Origin: an uncultured Gemmatimonadales bacterium
Lineage (GTDB): Bacteria; Gemmatimonadota; Gemmatimonadetes; Longimicrobiales; RSA9
Reading direction: 5' to 3'
NCBI GenBank assembly: GCA_963798085.1
Contig: CAWCRS010000008.1
Span: forward strand, 416,001 to 480,000
DNA length: 64,000 nucleotides
In this document: in pieces, positions 52,468 through 62,573 of the stretch
Layout: every line of letters starts with the position of its first letter
Position numbering within the stretch: position 1 is the first letter of the stretch
Notes under the pieces: model-generated
The model's input: the letters and a program-made list of their open reading frames with translations, nothing else
Told to the model about the DNA's origin: nothing
Databases searched by the model: none
Position numbers and translations under genes: made by a program

Positions 52468-52810
52468 CTTCCATTCCTCCCGGTCCGTCAGGTTCAGGCT
52501 TCGGTGGCACCGGCAGATCCACCGCTGCACGACCGTCGTTCGCGATCCCCGCAGCGCGGGGTAATGTAACCCCGAGCGACGGCCTCCGACCGGCGGACGA
52601 AGGCCCGGCGTGCCAACCCCGTGCCATCAGCTACCGCGCCGGGGCACGAAGCGTTCCTGCGCCGCGCCAGCGGGCGGCGCGCAAGCGGCTCAGCGCGCGT
52701 CTTCGTCCGCCGCTGCGCTACCGGCGGCGGGGTGCTCGCCGCGGCCCGCCCACGCCCTTACTTTCCGCCTGACCAATGGGGATGAACCCACAACCGTCAT
52801 GGAGCTGAGC

Positions 52811-53182
52811 ATGGCATCGGTGACCTTCACGCGCTGGAGCGACATACCCTGGGAGCGCCTGAACGAGAAGCTCGATCGCCGCCTGATCACCGGCGACTCG
52901 CTCATGCTGGCTCACGTGATGCTGCGCAAAGGCTGCGTCGTGCCTCGCCACCAGCACACGAATGAGCAGTTCACGTACATCCTGCAGGGCGTGCTCCGCT
53001 TCCGCATCGGCGAGGATGGCGGGGAAGTGATCGATGTGCACGGGGGCGAGGTGCTGCACATTCCGGCGAACGTCTGGCACGAAGCCGAGGCGCTGGAGGA
53101 CACGCTCGACATGGATGTGTTCTATCCGCCGCGCGAAGACTGGCTCAAGGGAACGGACGCGTACCTGCGCGGGAAGAAGTAG
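52811..53182 (+). CDS. Cupin domain protein
   Basis: VPRHQHTNEQ, IPANVWHEAEALED, DVFYPPREDW. Confidence 0.88.
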   Translation: MASVTFTRWSDIPWERLNEKLDRRLITGDSLMLAHVMLRKGCVVPRHQHTNEQFTYILQGVLRFRIGEDGGEVIDVHGGEVLHIPANVWHEAEALEDTLDMDVFYPPREDWLKGTDAYLRGKK

Positions 53183-53184
53183 CC

Positions 53185-53976
53185 GTGGACCTGGGACTGA
53201 AGGGCCGGGTCGCGCTGGTGGGCGGCTCGAGTCGCGGTCTGGGCCGCGCCATTGCCGAGGAGCTGGCGCTCGAGGGCGCCAACCTCGTGCTCGTGGCGCG
53301 CGGCCATGAAGCGCTCGAACGCACACGCCACGAGATTCATGCCGCTACCGGTGTGCACATCGTCGCGGTCGCGACGGACACCGCGACGCACGCCGGCGCG
53401 GAGCAGGTGATCGAAGCCGCACTGGGTGAGTTCGGTCGCGTCAATGTGCTGGTGACCAACACGGGCGGACCGCCCGCCGGGCCGTTCGAGAGTCTTGCGC
53501 CGGAAGCATGGCGCGACGCGTACGCCAACCTGCTGGAGAGCGTGCTCATCATGACGCGCGCCGTGCTGCCCGGCATGAAGCAGCGACGCTGGGGCCGCAT
53601 CATCCCCATCACGTCGATCGCGGTGAAGCAGCCCATCGACGATCTCATTCTGTCCAACAGCATCCGCGCCGCCGTGACCGGGTTCGCACGCACACTGGCC
53701 AACGAAGTCGCACACTTCGGCATCACCGTCAACACCGTGATGCCGGGCTACACGCGCACCGAGCGACTCGAGCACCTCGCGGAACACGTCGCCACGCGAC
53801 AGGGCCTGACCCACGCCGACCGACTGACGCTCTGGAACGCCGAGATCCCCATGCGCCGCATCGGCGAGCCCCGCGAGCTGGCCGCCCTCGTCGCCTTCCT
53901 CGCCTCCGCCCGCGCCAGCTACATCACGGGGAGCTCAATAGCCGTCGACGGCGGGTGGATCAGGTCGCTGCTGTGA
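53185..53976 (+). CDS. SDR oxidoreductase (3-oxoacyl-ACP reductase-like subgroup)
   Basis: MDLGLKGRVALVGGSSRGLG, NTGGPP, SNSIR, VDGG. Confidence 0.9.
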   Translation: MDLGLKGRVALVGGSSRGLGRAIAEELALEGANLVLVARGHEALERTRHEIHAATGVHIVAVATDTATHAGAEQVIEAALGEFGRVNVLVTNTGGPPAGPFESLAPEAWRDAYANLLESVLIMTRAVLPGMKQRRWGRIIPITSIAVKQPIDDLILSNSIRAAVTGFARTLANEVAHFGITVNTVMPGYTRTERLEHLAEHVATRQGLTHADRLTLWNAEIPMRRIGEPRELAALVAFLASARASYITGSSIAVDGGWIRSLL

Positions 53977-53987
53977 GCCGGAACGGC

Positions 53988-54210
53988 GTTGCTGGGGCTG
54001 GTTGCTGGGGCTGGTTGCTCGGGAACCGAAACGTGCTCATAACCATGCGTTAGAGTCGATGCACCGTGACGAGCGCTCCGTTCCTGCGAGGCTTCCCTCC
54101 TCTGACAAGGCATTGTCCGTTCCCCGGCAACCAGCCCGAGCCCCAGCAACGAGATCGAATCTGTTCTGTTCCGGCCGTTCCCCAGCAGTCCAGCCCCAGC
54201 AACCAGCAAC
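53988..54210. repeat. Intergenic REP-like element built from 13-bp GTTGCTGGGGCTG units in direct and inverted orientation
   Basis: Direct copies at 53988, 54001 and 54014 (partial); inverted (C)AGCCCCAGCAAC copies within 54119-54150 and 54177-54210. Confidence 0.75.
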
Positions 54211-54215
54211 GTCCG

Positions 54216-55160
54216 ATGAAGCCTGACGGACACGAAGCTCCACGCATAGCCTCCCTGCTGGCGAGCGCAACCGAGATCGTGGTCGCGCTGGGTCTGGAGG
54301 ACCGGCTGGTCGCGATCAGTCACGAGTGCGACTATCCGGCGAGAGTGCTGGACCGGCCACGCGTGAGCCGGCCGCGCTTCGATCCGGCGGGGCTGGAGAG
54401 CGGCGCCATCGATCGCGCGGTGCGTGAGGCCATGGCCGAGCACGGGAGTGTCTACCAGATCGATGGTGAGCAGCTGGCGGCGCTCGAGCCCACGCTCATC
54501 CTCACGCAGGCCGTGTGCGAAGTGTGCGCGGTGCCCACGCCGGGCGTGCGACAGGTGGTGGAAGAGCGGCACATCCCCGCCACGGTGCTGTCCCTCGATG
54601 CACATACCGTAGACGACGTACTGCATTCCATTGTTGCCGTCGGGGCAGCGGCGGGTGTGCCGGATCAGGCGCAGCGCGTCGTGGCGGAACTGCGCGCGCG
54701 CATTGAGCGCGTGCGTGAAGCAGTTGCGCCGTTCCCGCGCCCGCGTGTGCTCGCCATTGAGTGGCTGGATCCGCCGTTCGTGCCCGGGCACTGGGGGCCG
54801 GAGATGATCGAGCTGGCTGGCGGTCTCAATCTCGCCGGCGAAGCCGGCCGGCGCTCGCAGCAGCTCGCGTGGAGTGCGCTGGCCGGGCTCGATCCCAATG
54901 TGCTGCTGATCATGCCGTGCGGCTACGGTGTGGCCGGAGCGCTGGCCGATGCGGATCGCTTCGCGGACGCGCTGCGCGCGGTTGCGCCGCGCGCGATTGC
55001 GAGCGGCAACGCCTGGGCGCTCGATGGCTCGTCGTATTTCAATCGCTCGGGCCCGCGCGTGGTCGATGGCATTGAGATCCTGGCGCGTGTGCTGCACCCG
55101 GCGCTGGGCAGTCCGCCGCCGCAGGCGGCCGTGCGCTGGCCCGCGCCGTCGCAAGACTGA
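54216..55160 (+). CDS. Cobalamin/iron-siderophore type substrate-binding protein (BtuF-like)
   Basis: RIASLLASATEIV, SHECDYP, LTQAVCEVCAV, EWLDPP, GHWGPEMIELAGG, FNRSGPRVVDG. Confidence 0.8.
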   Translation: MKPDGHEAPRIASLLASATEIVVALGLEDRLVAISHECDYPARVLDRPRVSRPRFDPAGLESGAIDRAVREAMAEHGSVYQIDGEQLAALEPTLILTQAVCEVCAVPTPGVRQVVEERHIPATVLSLDAHTVDDVLHSIVAVGAAAGVPDQAQRVVAELRARIERVREAVAPFPRPRVLAIEWLDPPFVPGHWGPEMIELAGGLNLAGEAGRRSQQLAWSALAGLDPNVLLIMPCGYGVAGALADADRFADALRAVAPRAIASGNAWALDGSSYFNRSGPRVVDGIEILARVLHPALGSPPPQAAVRWPAPSQD

Positions 55161-55233
55161 CCGGCGCCGCACGCAGCCGCGCGCGGCGCACGCAATCGCC
55201 TGTTACCACAACCAGACACGCGGAGAACCACGG

Positions 55234-56940
55234 ATGCAGGCGCCAACCGGAAAGCCGGAAGCGGGACCCCTGGATCGACGGGCATTCGTCGCCTTCTTCA
55301 GTGGTATTGGTCTGGGCGGCACGCTGCTGCCGGGCGTGCTCTGGGCGCAGGCGCAGCCGCAGGGCGTGGTCACGACGGCGATGATCAGCGATGCGGAGAA
55401 GATCGCCGGCCTCGAGTTCACGGATGCGGAACGCGAGGCCATGGCCAGAGGCCTGGATCAGAATCTGCGCGCCTGGGAGCAGGTGCGCGCGGTGGAGCTG
55501 CCCAACGCCGTGAGCCCCGCCTTCATCTTCGATCCCGTGCCGCCGGGCATGGCGCTGCCGTCGGAGCGCCGCAAACTGCGTGTCAGTGATGCGCCGCGCG
55601 TCGAGCGGCCCGCCAATCTCGAGGAAGCGGCGTTCTGGAGCGTGCGCCAGCTGGCCGAGCTGGTGCGCACACGCGGCGCCACGGCTACGGAACTGACCCG
55701 GATGTACCTCGCCCGGCTGAAGCGCCACGGCCCCACGCTGCAGGCGGTGATCACGCTCACGGAAGAGCGCGCCATGGACCAGGCGAAGCGCGCCGACCAG
55801 GAGATCGCGGCCGGTCGTTATCGCGGACCCCTGCACGGCATACCGTGGGGCGCTAAGGATCTGTTTGCCGTGAGCGGCTACCGCACGACGTGGGGGGCGA
55901 AGCCGTACGCAGACCAGCTGCTCGATGTGGACGCGACGGTCGTGCAGCGGCTCGACGAAGCCGGCGCCATTCTCATTGCCAAGCTCACCCTGGGCGCGCT
56001 GGCGCAGGGCGATCAATGGTATGGCGGCCAGACGAAGAACCCGTGGAACCTGGAGCAGGGCTCGAGCGGCTCTTCCGCCGGATCCGCGGCGTGCACGGCC
56101 GCCGGCCTCGTGGGTTTCGCGCTGGGCACGGAAACGCAGGGTTCCATCGTCTCGCCGTCCACGCGCTGCGGCGTCACGGGACTGCGGCCCACGTTCGGGC
56201 GCGTCAGCCGCCATGGCGCCATGGCGCTGTGCTGGACCATGGACAAGGTGGGACCGCTCTGCCGCAGCGTGGAAGACTGCGCGCTGGTGTTCGCGGCCAT
56301 TCAGGGACCGGACGGCCACGACAACACGGTGCGTGACCTGCCCTTCAACTGGGACGCGACGGTGAAGCCCGAAGGCCTGCGCGTCGGCTATCTGAAGAGC
56401 GCGTTCGACGAGGATCACGAGACGAAGGTCTTCGACGACGCGTCGCTCGCCGTGCTGCGCCGCATGGGCGTGAACCCGGTGCCGGTGGCGCTGCCCGATG
56501 CCTACCCGGTGGCGCCGCTGCGCACCATCCTGAACGTGGAATCCGCAGCCGCGTTCGACGAGCTGACACGCAGCAACCGCGACGATCTGATGGAGCGCAG
56601 CACCTGGCCCAACAGCTTCCGCACCGCGCGCCTGATCCCCGCGGTCGAGTACATCCAGGCCATGCGCCTGCGCACCCGCGTCATGGCGGCCACTAACGAA
56701 GCGTTAAAGGACATCGACGTGCTGGTGGCGCCGTCGCTGGCCGGCAATCTCGTCGCGCACACCAATCACACGGGCCACCCGTGCGTGGTCCTGCCCAGCG
56801 GCTTCCGCGAGAACGGCACGCCCGTGAGCCTCTCGTTCATCGGCCGGCTCTACGGCGAGGCGGAGGCACTGGCGCTGGCGAAGGCGTACCAGGACGCCAC
56901 CGACTTCCACACGAAGCACCCGCCGCTGTTCCGCACATGA
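55234..56940 (+). CDS. Amidase signature family enzyme (Tat-exported)
   Basis: DRRAFV Tat motif; GPLHGIPWGAKDL, GSSGSSAGS, GTETQGSIVSPS. Confidence 0.92.
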   Translation: MQAPTGKPEAGPLDRRAFVAFFSGIGLGGTLLPGVLWAQAQPQGVVTTAMISDAEKIAGLEFTDAEREAMARGLDQNLRAWEQVRAVELPNAVSPAFIFDPVPPGMALPSERRKLRVSDAPRVERPANLEEAAFWSVRQLAELVRTRGATATELTRMYLARLKRHGPTLQAVITLTEERAMDQAKRADQEIAAGRYRGPLHGIPWGAKDLFAVSGYRTTWGAKPYADQLLDVDATVVQRLDEAGAILIAKLTLGALAQGDQWYGGQTKNPWNLEQGSSGSSAGSAACTAAGLVGFALGTETQGSIVSPSTRCGVTGLRPTFGRVSRHGAMALCWTMDKVGPLCRSVEDCALVFAAIQGPDGHDNTVRDLPFNWDATVKPEGLRVGYLKSAFDEDHETKVFDDASLAVLRRMGVNPVPVALPDAYPVAPLRTILNVESAAAFDELTRSNRDDLMERSTWPNSFRTARLIPAVEYIQAMRLRTRVMAATNEALKDIDVLVAPSLAGNLVAHTNHTGHPCVVLPSGFRENGTPVSLSFIGRLYGEAEALALAKAYQDATDFHTKHPPLFRT

Positions 56941-57608
56941 GACAGGAGCATCTCGCGGTCACGCGTCACGCCCGCCTCTGTCTCCTGGGCGAAGCCGGGC
57001 CCGGCGTGCGCGAGGTCTGGATCGCGGTCCACGGCTACGGGCAGCTGGCCGGGCGCTTCCTGCGACGCTTCGCCACGCTCGCGGACGGCACCCGCCTGAT
57101 CGTCGCGCCCGAGGCGCTCAACCGCTTCTACGTCGAGGGCGGGATGGGACCGCACGGGCCGGAGACACGCGTGGGCGGCACCTGGATGACGAGCGAAGAT
57201 CGGCTGGTCGACATCGACGACTACGTCGCCTACCTGGACGCCGTGCACGACTACGCGGTCCGGGGACTGGACCGGTCCGCCATGCGGGTAGTGGCGCTGG
57301 GCTTTTCGCAGGGGATGTCCACCATAGCGCGCTGGGCCGCGCGCAGTGCCGCACGGGTAGACGACCTGATCCTCTGGGCGGGGAGCTTCCCGCCCGAGAT
57401 GGACGTGCGGCCGGACCTGTTTGGCGGCGCTCGCCTGTCGCTGGTCTACGGCACACAGGATCGTTACGCGAACGAGGCGATGATCCTCGGGCTGGTGCAG
57501 CGGCTGCAGGCCGGTGGTATCGATCCCGCGATCGTGCGCTATCCGGGCGGTCACGAAATCGAGCAGGCGACGCTTCGCAGTCTGGCATCGCCGGCCGCTT
57601 CGCCATAG
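56937..57608 (+). CDS. Phospholipase/carboxylesterase alpha/beta hydrolase
   Basis: HGYGQLA, LGFSQG, GTQD, GGHEI; ATGA overlap with the amidase. Confidence 0.85.
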   Translation: MRQEHLAVTRHARLCLLGEAGPGVREVWIAVHGYGQLAGRFLRRFATLADGTRLIVAPEALNRFYVEGGMGPHGPETRVGGTWMTSEDRLVDIDDYVAYLDAVHDYAVRGLDRSAMRVVALGFSQGMSTIARWAARSAARVDDLILWAGSFPPEMDVRPDLFGGARLSLVYGTQDRYANEAMILGLVQRLQAGGIDPAIVRYPGGHEIEQATLRSLASPAASP

Positions 57609-57739
57609 GCCGCGGGCTTCTGCACAAGAGGCGGACGATCGGGGCGCAAGTCCGGGCCGCCGGTGTATGAAGGCCACGCCCCGCAGTCCAGGGGTCTGTC
57701 CGGAGGTCCCATCACGCATGTGCGGTACCGTGAAAAGCG

Positions 57740-58867
57740 ATGAAGCGTAACGGCCTGCCGGCCGCCCGGCCGGCCGAGCTTCCACCCGGCTGGGCGCTGC
57801 GCCGTTACGAAGTCGCGCTGATCCTGGCCGGCTGGTCCGCGGTCGGCATCGTCTTCACCGGGCAGCTGCTGGCGTACACGGCGCAGATCGGGCTGGGCTG
57901 GTCGATCTGGCAATCGGCAGCGGTGGCGTTCACGCAGGCGACGGCGTGGGCCATGATCACCATCGTCGCCTTCGCCCTGTCCCGCCGCTTTCCGCTGGAC
58001 CAGAAGCCTCGCCTGGCAAGACTGCTCATCCACACCGTTGCCAGCATGGTGCTCGCCACGATGGAAGTCGTCATCGAGTACGGGTTCGGCGTCATCGTGC
58101 GGCCCGTGCGGCCGGGTCCCTTCATGGAGGCGTTCTTCCAGGGTTTCCCGTTCAACGTGGTAGTGGTGTGGATGATGGTGGGCGTGGCGCACGGCCTCAT
58201 GTTCTACCGCCGGTACCGCGAGCGTGATGCGCAAGCCGCGGCGCTGACCAGCCGGCTGGCGCTCGCGGAGCTGCAGGTGCTGAAGTCGCAGCTGCACCCG
58301 CATTTCCTGTTCAATGCACTGAACACGATTTCCGCGCTCATGCACCGGGATGTGAAGTCGGCGGACCGCATGATTGCGCGGCTCAGCGATCTGCTGCGTG
58401 CCGCTCTGGAACACACGGCGGAGCAGGAGGTCTCACTGCTGGAGGAGCTGAATTTCCTCGAGTCGTATCTGGAGATCGAACGTACCCGCCTGGCGGACCG
58501 CCTCACCATCGAGGTGGATGTGCCGCCCAACGTGCTGGATGCGCGCGTGCCGCACATGATCCTGCAGCCGCTGGTGGAGAATGCCATTCGCTACGGCGTC
58601 GCGCCGCGCGCGGCGCCCGGTCACGTCACCATCCGGGCACGTGGCCGCCGCGACATGCTGGACATCGAAGTGCTGGATGACGGTCCGGGCATGCGTCCCG
58701 GACGGTCGCCTAACGGTGGGTTGGGCCTGGCGAACACCTTCGCCCGGCTGCAGAAGCTGTACGGAGAGCAGTTCAGTTTCGAGCCGCGCAATCGCGCCGA
58801 AGGCGGGTTTCGTGTCTCGCTGTCCATTCCCTTCGACCCCATCGACGAGGACGTAGCCGCCGAGTGA
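57740..58867 (+). CDS. LytS-family sensor histidine kinase
   Basis: Four TM segments; LKSQLHPHFLFNALN, LQPLVENAIRYG, GLGLAN. Confidence 0.93.
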   Translation: MKRNGLPAARPAELPPGWALRRYEVALILAGWSAVGIVFTGQLLAYTAQIGLGWSIWQSAAVAFTQATAWAMITIVAFALSRRFPLDQKPRLARLLIHTVASMVLATMEVVIEYGFGVIVRPVRPGPFMEAFFQGFPFNVVVVWMMVGVAHGLMFYRRYRERDAQAAALTSRLALAELQVLKSQLHPHFLFNALNTISALMHRDVKSADRMIARLSDLLRAALEHTAEQEVSLLEELNFLESYLEIERTRLADRLTIEVDVPPNVLDARVPHMILQPLVENAIRYGVAPRAAPGHVTIRARGRRDMLDIEVLDDGPGMRPGRSPNGGLGLANTFARLQKLYGEQFSFEPRNRAEGGFRVSLSIPFDPIDEDVAAE

Positions 58868-59640
58868 GGACGCCTGTGAAGATGAGAGTTCTGATCGCCG
58901 AGGATGAGCCGCTCGCGCGCGAGCGCATCCGTGCCCTGCTGAACGAAGAGACGGACGTGGAGATCGCCGCCGAATGCCCGGACGGCCGTTCCGCGGTCAA
59001 TGCCATCCGCCTGCACGATCCCGACCTGGTGTTTCTCGACGTGAACATGCCGGAGCTGAACGGTTTCAATGTGATCCGCGAGATCGGCGCCGAGGCCATG
59101 CCGCCCGTGATTTTCGTGACCGCGTACGACCAGTTCGCGGTGCAGGCCTTCGATGCGCACGCGCTGGACTACGTACTCAAGCCGTTCGATGAGGAGCGCT
59201 TTCGCACGGCCGTCGAGCGCGCGCGGGAAGCGCTGACGCGCAACAGCACGGATTCGCTGGACCGCCGCCTGAACGATCTGCTGCAGGGACTGGGCGGCCG
59301 CCCGCGCTACGTCGAGCGCCTGGCCGTGAAGTCCGGCGGCAAGATCATCTTCCTCAAGACCGAGGAAGTGACGTGGATCGGCGCCGAGGGCAACTACGCG
59401 CGGCTGCACGCCGGCAAGCGCTCCTACCTCATGCGCGAGACCATGTCCAACCTGGAGTCGAAGCTGGATCCCGGTCGCTTCATCCGTATCCACCGCTCGA
59501 CCATTGTGAGCACCGATGCGATTGCCGAGCTGGAGCCACTGTTCCAGGGTGACTACGTGGTGGTGCTGCGCGATGGCACTCGCCTCACGTCCAGTCGCGG
59601 GTACCGCGGCAACCTGCAGGCGTTCATGAACGAGGGCTGA
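58864..59640 (+). CDS. LytTR-family response regulator
   Basis: EDEPLAR, FLDVNMP, FVTAYD, LKPF, FIRIHRSTIV. Confidence 0.93.
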   Translation: MRTPVKMRVLIAEDEPLARERIRALLNEETDVEIAAECPDGRSAVNAIRLHDPDLVFLDVNMPELNGFNVIREIGAEAMPPVIFVTAYDQFAVQAFDAHALDYVLKPFDEERFRTAVERAREALTRNSTDSLDRRLNDLLQGLGGRPRYVERLAVKSGGKIIFLKTEEVTWIGAEGNYARLHAGKRSYLMRETMSNLESKLDPGRFIRIHRSTIVSTDAIAELEPLFQGDYVVVLRDGTRLTSSRGYRGNLQAFMNEG

Positions 59641-59697
59641 CCGCGCCCGCCCGGACACACGACAACAACCGCGGCGCGTGCCGCGCATCGGAGAAGC

Positions 59698-61284
59698 ATG
59701 AAACAGCTTGTCAGCCTGACAGCTCTGGCGATCGCGCTGGCCGCCTGCGCGGGCAACCCGCCGCTCGCCTCGACCCGGCGGCCGACGTCCACTGCGCAGG
59801 GCGCTAACAGTGCGTCAGAGAGCAGCAGCAGCGCCGCCCTGGCGCGCGCGGCCGCCACCATCACGCCGGAAGACATGTACCGGCGCATCGCCTATCTCTC
59901 CAGTGATGCGCTGGGCGGGCGTGACACGCCGAGCCCCGGCCTGGAGACGGCGGCCGCCTGGGTGGCCGATCAGTTCCGGACGTTCGGCCTGCGCCCCGCC
60001 GGCGACAGCGGCACGTACGTGCAGCGCTGGCCCTACAAGCGGTCCTCGTTCATCGTGAGCGGCACAACGCTGCGCATCGCCGCGGGCAGCAGCGCGGTGA
60101 CGCCCATCATTGGCGCCGACTTCTTTCTGCTGCCGGCGGCGGGCGTCCCCGGTGCGACCGGCACACTGGTGTGGGCCGGTACCGCGCACGCAGGCCGCGC
60201 CGCACTGGGACCCGAAGTGGCGCGCAGATTCGTCGCGTTCTTTCTGCCGGGCAAGGATACCGACAAGGACTGGCAGGCTGGCATCCAGGCCGCCGCCCTG
60301 GCCGCCCTGGGCGCCGGCCCCGCGGGCGTGATCGTCATCCTCGATCCCGCGTTCGACGATGGCGAGATCAGCCAGATCGTGGGCGAGACCGCCGCCCAGG
60401 AGCTGCCCGCGTTTCTGATCGGACTCAGTTACGCCTCCGCGAAGCAGGTCTTCTCGGCCGCGGGCCAGGACCTGGATGCGCTGCGCAGCGGGAAGGCGAC
60501 GACGCTGCTTCCGCTCTCCAACACCAATGTCAGCATCAGCGTGGCCCGCGAGGTGAACGAGTCGCAGCCACCCAACGTCGTCGGCATCCTCGAAGGCAGT
60601 GATCCCGCACTGCGCAACGAGTACGTCGTGGTGGGCGGCCACATGGATCACATCGGCATCGGTCCGCCCGATGCGTCCGGTGATTCCATCTTCAATGGCG
60701 CCGACGATGATGCCTCCGGCACTTCCACCATGATCGAAGTGGCACAGGCGTTCGCGTCGCTGCCGGCACGGCCCGCGCGCTCCATGATCTTCCTGGGCGT
60801 GAGCGGCGAAGAGAAAGGCCTGCTCGGATCCGCGTATTTCACGGAGCACACGCCCGTGCCCAGGGACCACATCGTCGCGGACATCAACCTGGACATGGTG
60901 GGGCGCAACGCGCCGGATACGGTCGTCGCCATTGGTCAGGACTACTCGTCGCTCGGCCCCGTGACGCAGAAGATCGCGAAGCAGCATCCCGAGCTGGGCC
61001 TGGTCGTCGCCCCCGATCTATGGCCCGAGGAAGGTCTGTTCTTCCGCAGCGATCATTTCAACTTCGCCAGGGCCGGCATCCCGGCCATCTTCTTCACCAC
61101 CGGCCTGCACCCGCAGTATCACAAGCAGTCCGATGAAGTGCAGCTGATCGACGAGGACAAGGTCAGCCGTGTCGGCAGGCTCGTCTTCTACCTCGCCTGG
61201 GAGGTGGCCAACGCGCCGCAGGCGCCGAAATGGACGGCGAAGGGGCTTTCCGACGTGCGCGCCATGACCGCCAACGTGCACTGA
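59698..61284 (+). CDS. M28 family metallopeptidase lipoprotein
   Basis: LAAC lipobox; GGHMDH, NGADDDASG, GEEKGLLGS, NLDMVGR, RSDH, YHKQSD. Confidence 0.92.
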   Translation: MKQLVSLTALAIALAACAGNPPLASTRRPTSTAQGANSASESSSSAALARAAATITPEDMYRRIAYLSSDALGGRDTPSPGLETAAAWVADQFRTFGLRPAGDSGTYVQRWPYKRSSFIVSGTTLRIAAGSSAVTPIIGADFFLLPAAGVPGATGTLVWAGTAHAGRAALGPEVARRFVAFFLPGKDTDKDWQAGIQAAALAALGAGPAGVIVILDPAFDDGEISQIVGETAAQELPAFLIGLSYASAKQVFSAAGQDLDALRSGKATTLLPLSNTNVSISVAREVNESQPPNVVGILEGSDPALRNEYVVVGGHMDHIGIGPPDASGDSIFNGADDDASGTSTMIEVAQAFASLPARPARSMIFLGVSGEEKGLLGSAYFTEHTPVPRDHIVADINLDMVGRNAPDTVVAIGQDYSSLGPVTQKIAKQHPELGLVVAPDLWPEEGLFFRSDHFNFARAGIPAIFFTTGLHPQYHKQSDEVQLIDEDKVSRVGRLVFYLAWEVANAPQAPKWTAKGLSDVRAMTANVH

Positions 61285-61433
61285 AGCGGGTGGCGTGACT
61301 GGCGCCCGCGGTTGCGGCGGGGCCCGTCGCCTTGACAGTTGTCGTTGCCGCGGCCAGAGGCGGGTGGGTGCGAAGCAGACCTGCATAACATGACATTATC
61401 AGGGAGCCGGGCCCTTCGTGAACGGAGAGGTCG

Positions 61434-62573
61434 ATGCGGGAGGAATTGCGGGAAGCGGTGCGCGCGCTGTGCCGGCGCTACGGCGAGGCGTACTGGCAGC
61501 GCATCGACCGCGAGCGGGCCTATCCGGAAGCGTTCGTACAGGAGCTGACCGAACAGGGCTGGCTGGCCTGCCTCATCCCCGCCGAATACGGCGGCGCCGG
61601 CCTGCACACCGCGGATGCCGGTGTCATCCTCGAGGAAGTGAACCGCTCGGGCGCGAATTCCGCCGCTTGCCACGCGCAGATGTACACCATGAGCGTACTG
61701 CTGCGCCACGGCTCGGAGCAGCAGAAGCGTGCGTATCTGCCGCGCATCGCCCGCGGTGAGCTGCGCCTGCAGGCGTTCGCCGTGACGGAGCCCGATGCCG
61801 GTTCCGATACTACCCGCATCAGCACGACAGCCGAGCGCAGCGGCGACCACTACGTGGTGCGCGGGCGCAAGGTGTTCATCTCCCGCGTGCAGCACTCCGA
61901 CCTCATGATCCTGCTGGCGCGCACATCGCCGCGCGAGCAGGCGAAGAAGAAGACCGACGGCCTGAGCGTCTTCCTGGTGGATCTGCGGCAGGCCGGGAAC
62001 GCCCTCAGCGTGCATCCCATCGAGACCATGATCAACCACGAGACGAACGAGGTGGTGTTCGATGGCCTCGAAGTGCCGGTGCAGAATCGCATTGGCGAGG
62101 AAGGCGAGGGCTTCACGTACATCCTGAGCGGCATGAACGCGGAGCGCATCCTGCTCGCATCGGAATCGATCGGCGATGCGCTGTTTTTCATCGACCGCGC
62201 CAGCGCGTACGCCGGCCAGCGCATCGTGTTCGACCGACCCATTGGCCGGAACCAGGGCGTGCAGTTCCCGCTGGCCGAGGCGTACATCCGGACCCGCGCG
62301 GCCGCGGCGCTGCGTGATGAAGCGGCCGCGCGCTTCGATGCCGGCGAGCCCGCCGGACCCGAGGCGAACATGTGCAAGTACGCGGCATCGGAAGCGGCGT
62401 GGCAAGCGGCGAATGCCGCCATGACCACGTTTGGCGGCTATGGCCTGAGCGCCGAATACGGCATCGAGCGCAAGTTCCGCGAGGCCCGCCTCTATCTCGT
62501 TGCGCCTGTCTCGAACAACCTGATCCTCGGCTACGTGGGCCAGCACGTGCTGGGCATGCCGAAGTCGTGGTGA
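61434..62573 (+). CDS. Acyl-CoA dehydrogenase
   Basis: FAVTEPDAGSD, RIGEEGEGF, FDRPIGRNQGVQFPLA, FGGYG, ERKFREARL. Confidence 0.92.
   Translation: MREELREAVRALCRRYGEAYWQRIDRERAYPEAFVQELTEQGWLACLIPAEYGGAGLHTADAGVILEEVNRSGANSAACHAQMYTMSVLLRHGSEQQKRAYLPRIARGELRLQAFAVTEPDAGSDTTRISTTAERSGDHYVVRGRKVFISRVQHSDLMILLARTSPREQAKKKTDGLSVFLVDLRQAGNALSVHPIETMINHETNEVVFDGLEVPVQNRIGEEGEGFTYILSGMNAERILLASESIGDALFFIDRASAYAGQRIVFDRPIGRNQGVQFPLAEAYIRTRAAAALRDEAAARFDAGEPAGPEANMCKYAASEAAWQAANAAMTTFGGYGLSAEYGIERKFREARLYLVAPVSNNLILGYVGQHVLGMPKSW

Noticed and set aside
53600..53680. SDR lacking the YxxxK catalytic motif
   Set aside because: SNxxR at this position is a known trait of this SDR subgroup, not decay.
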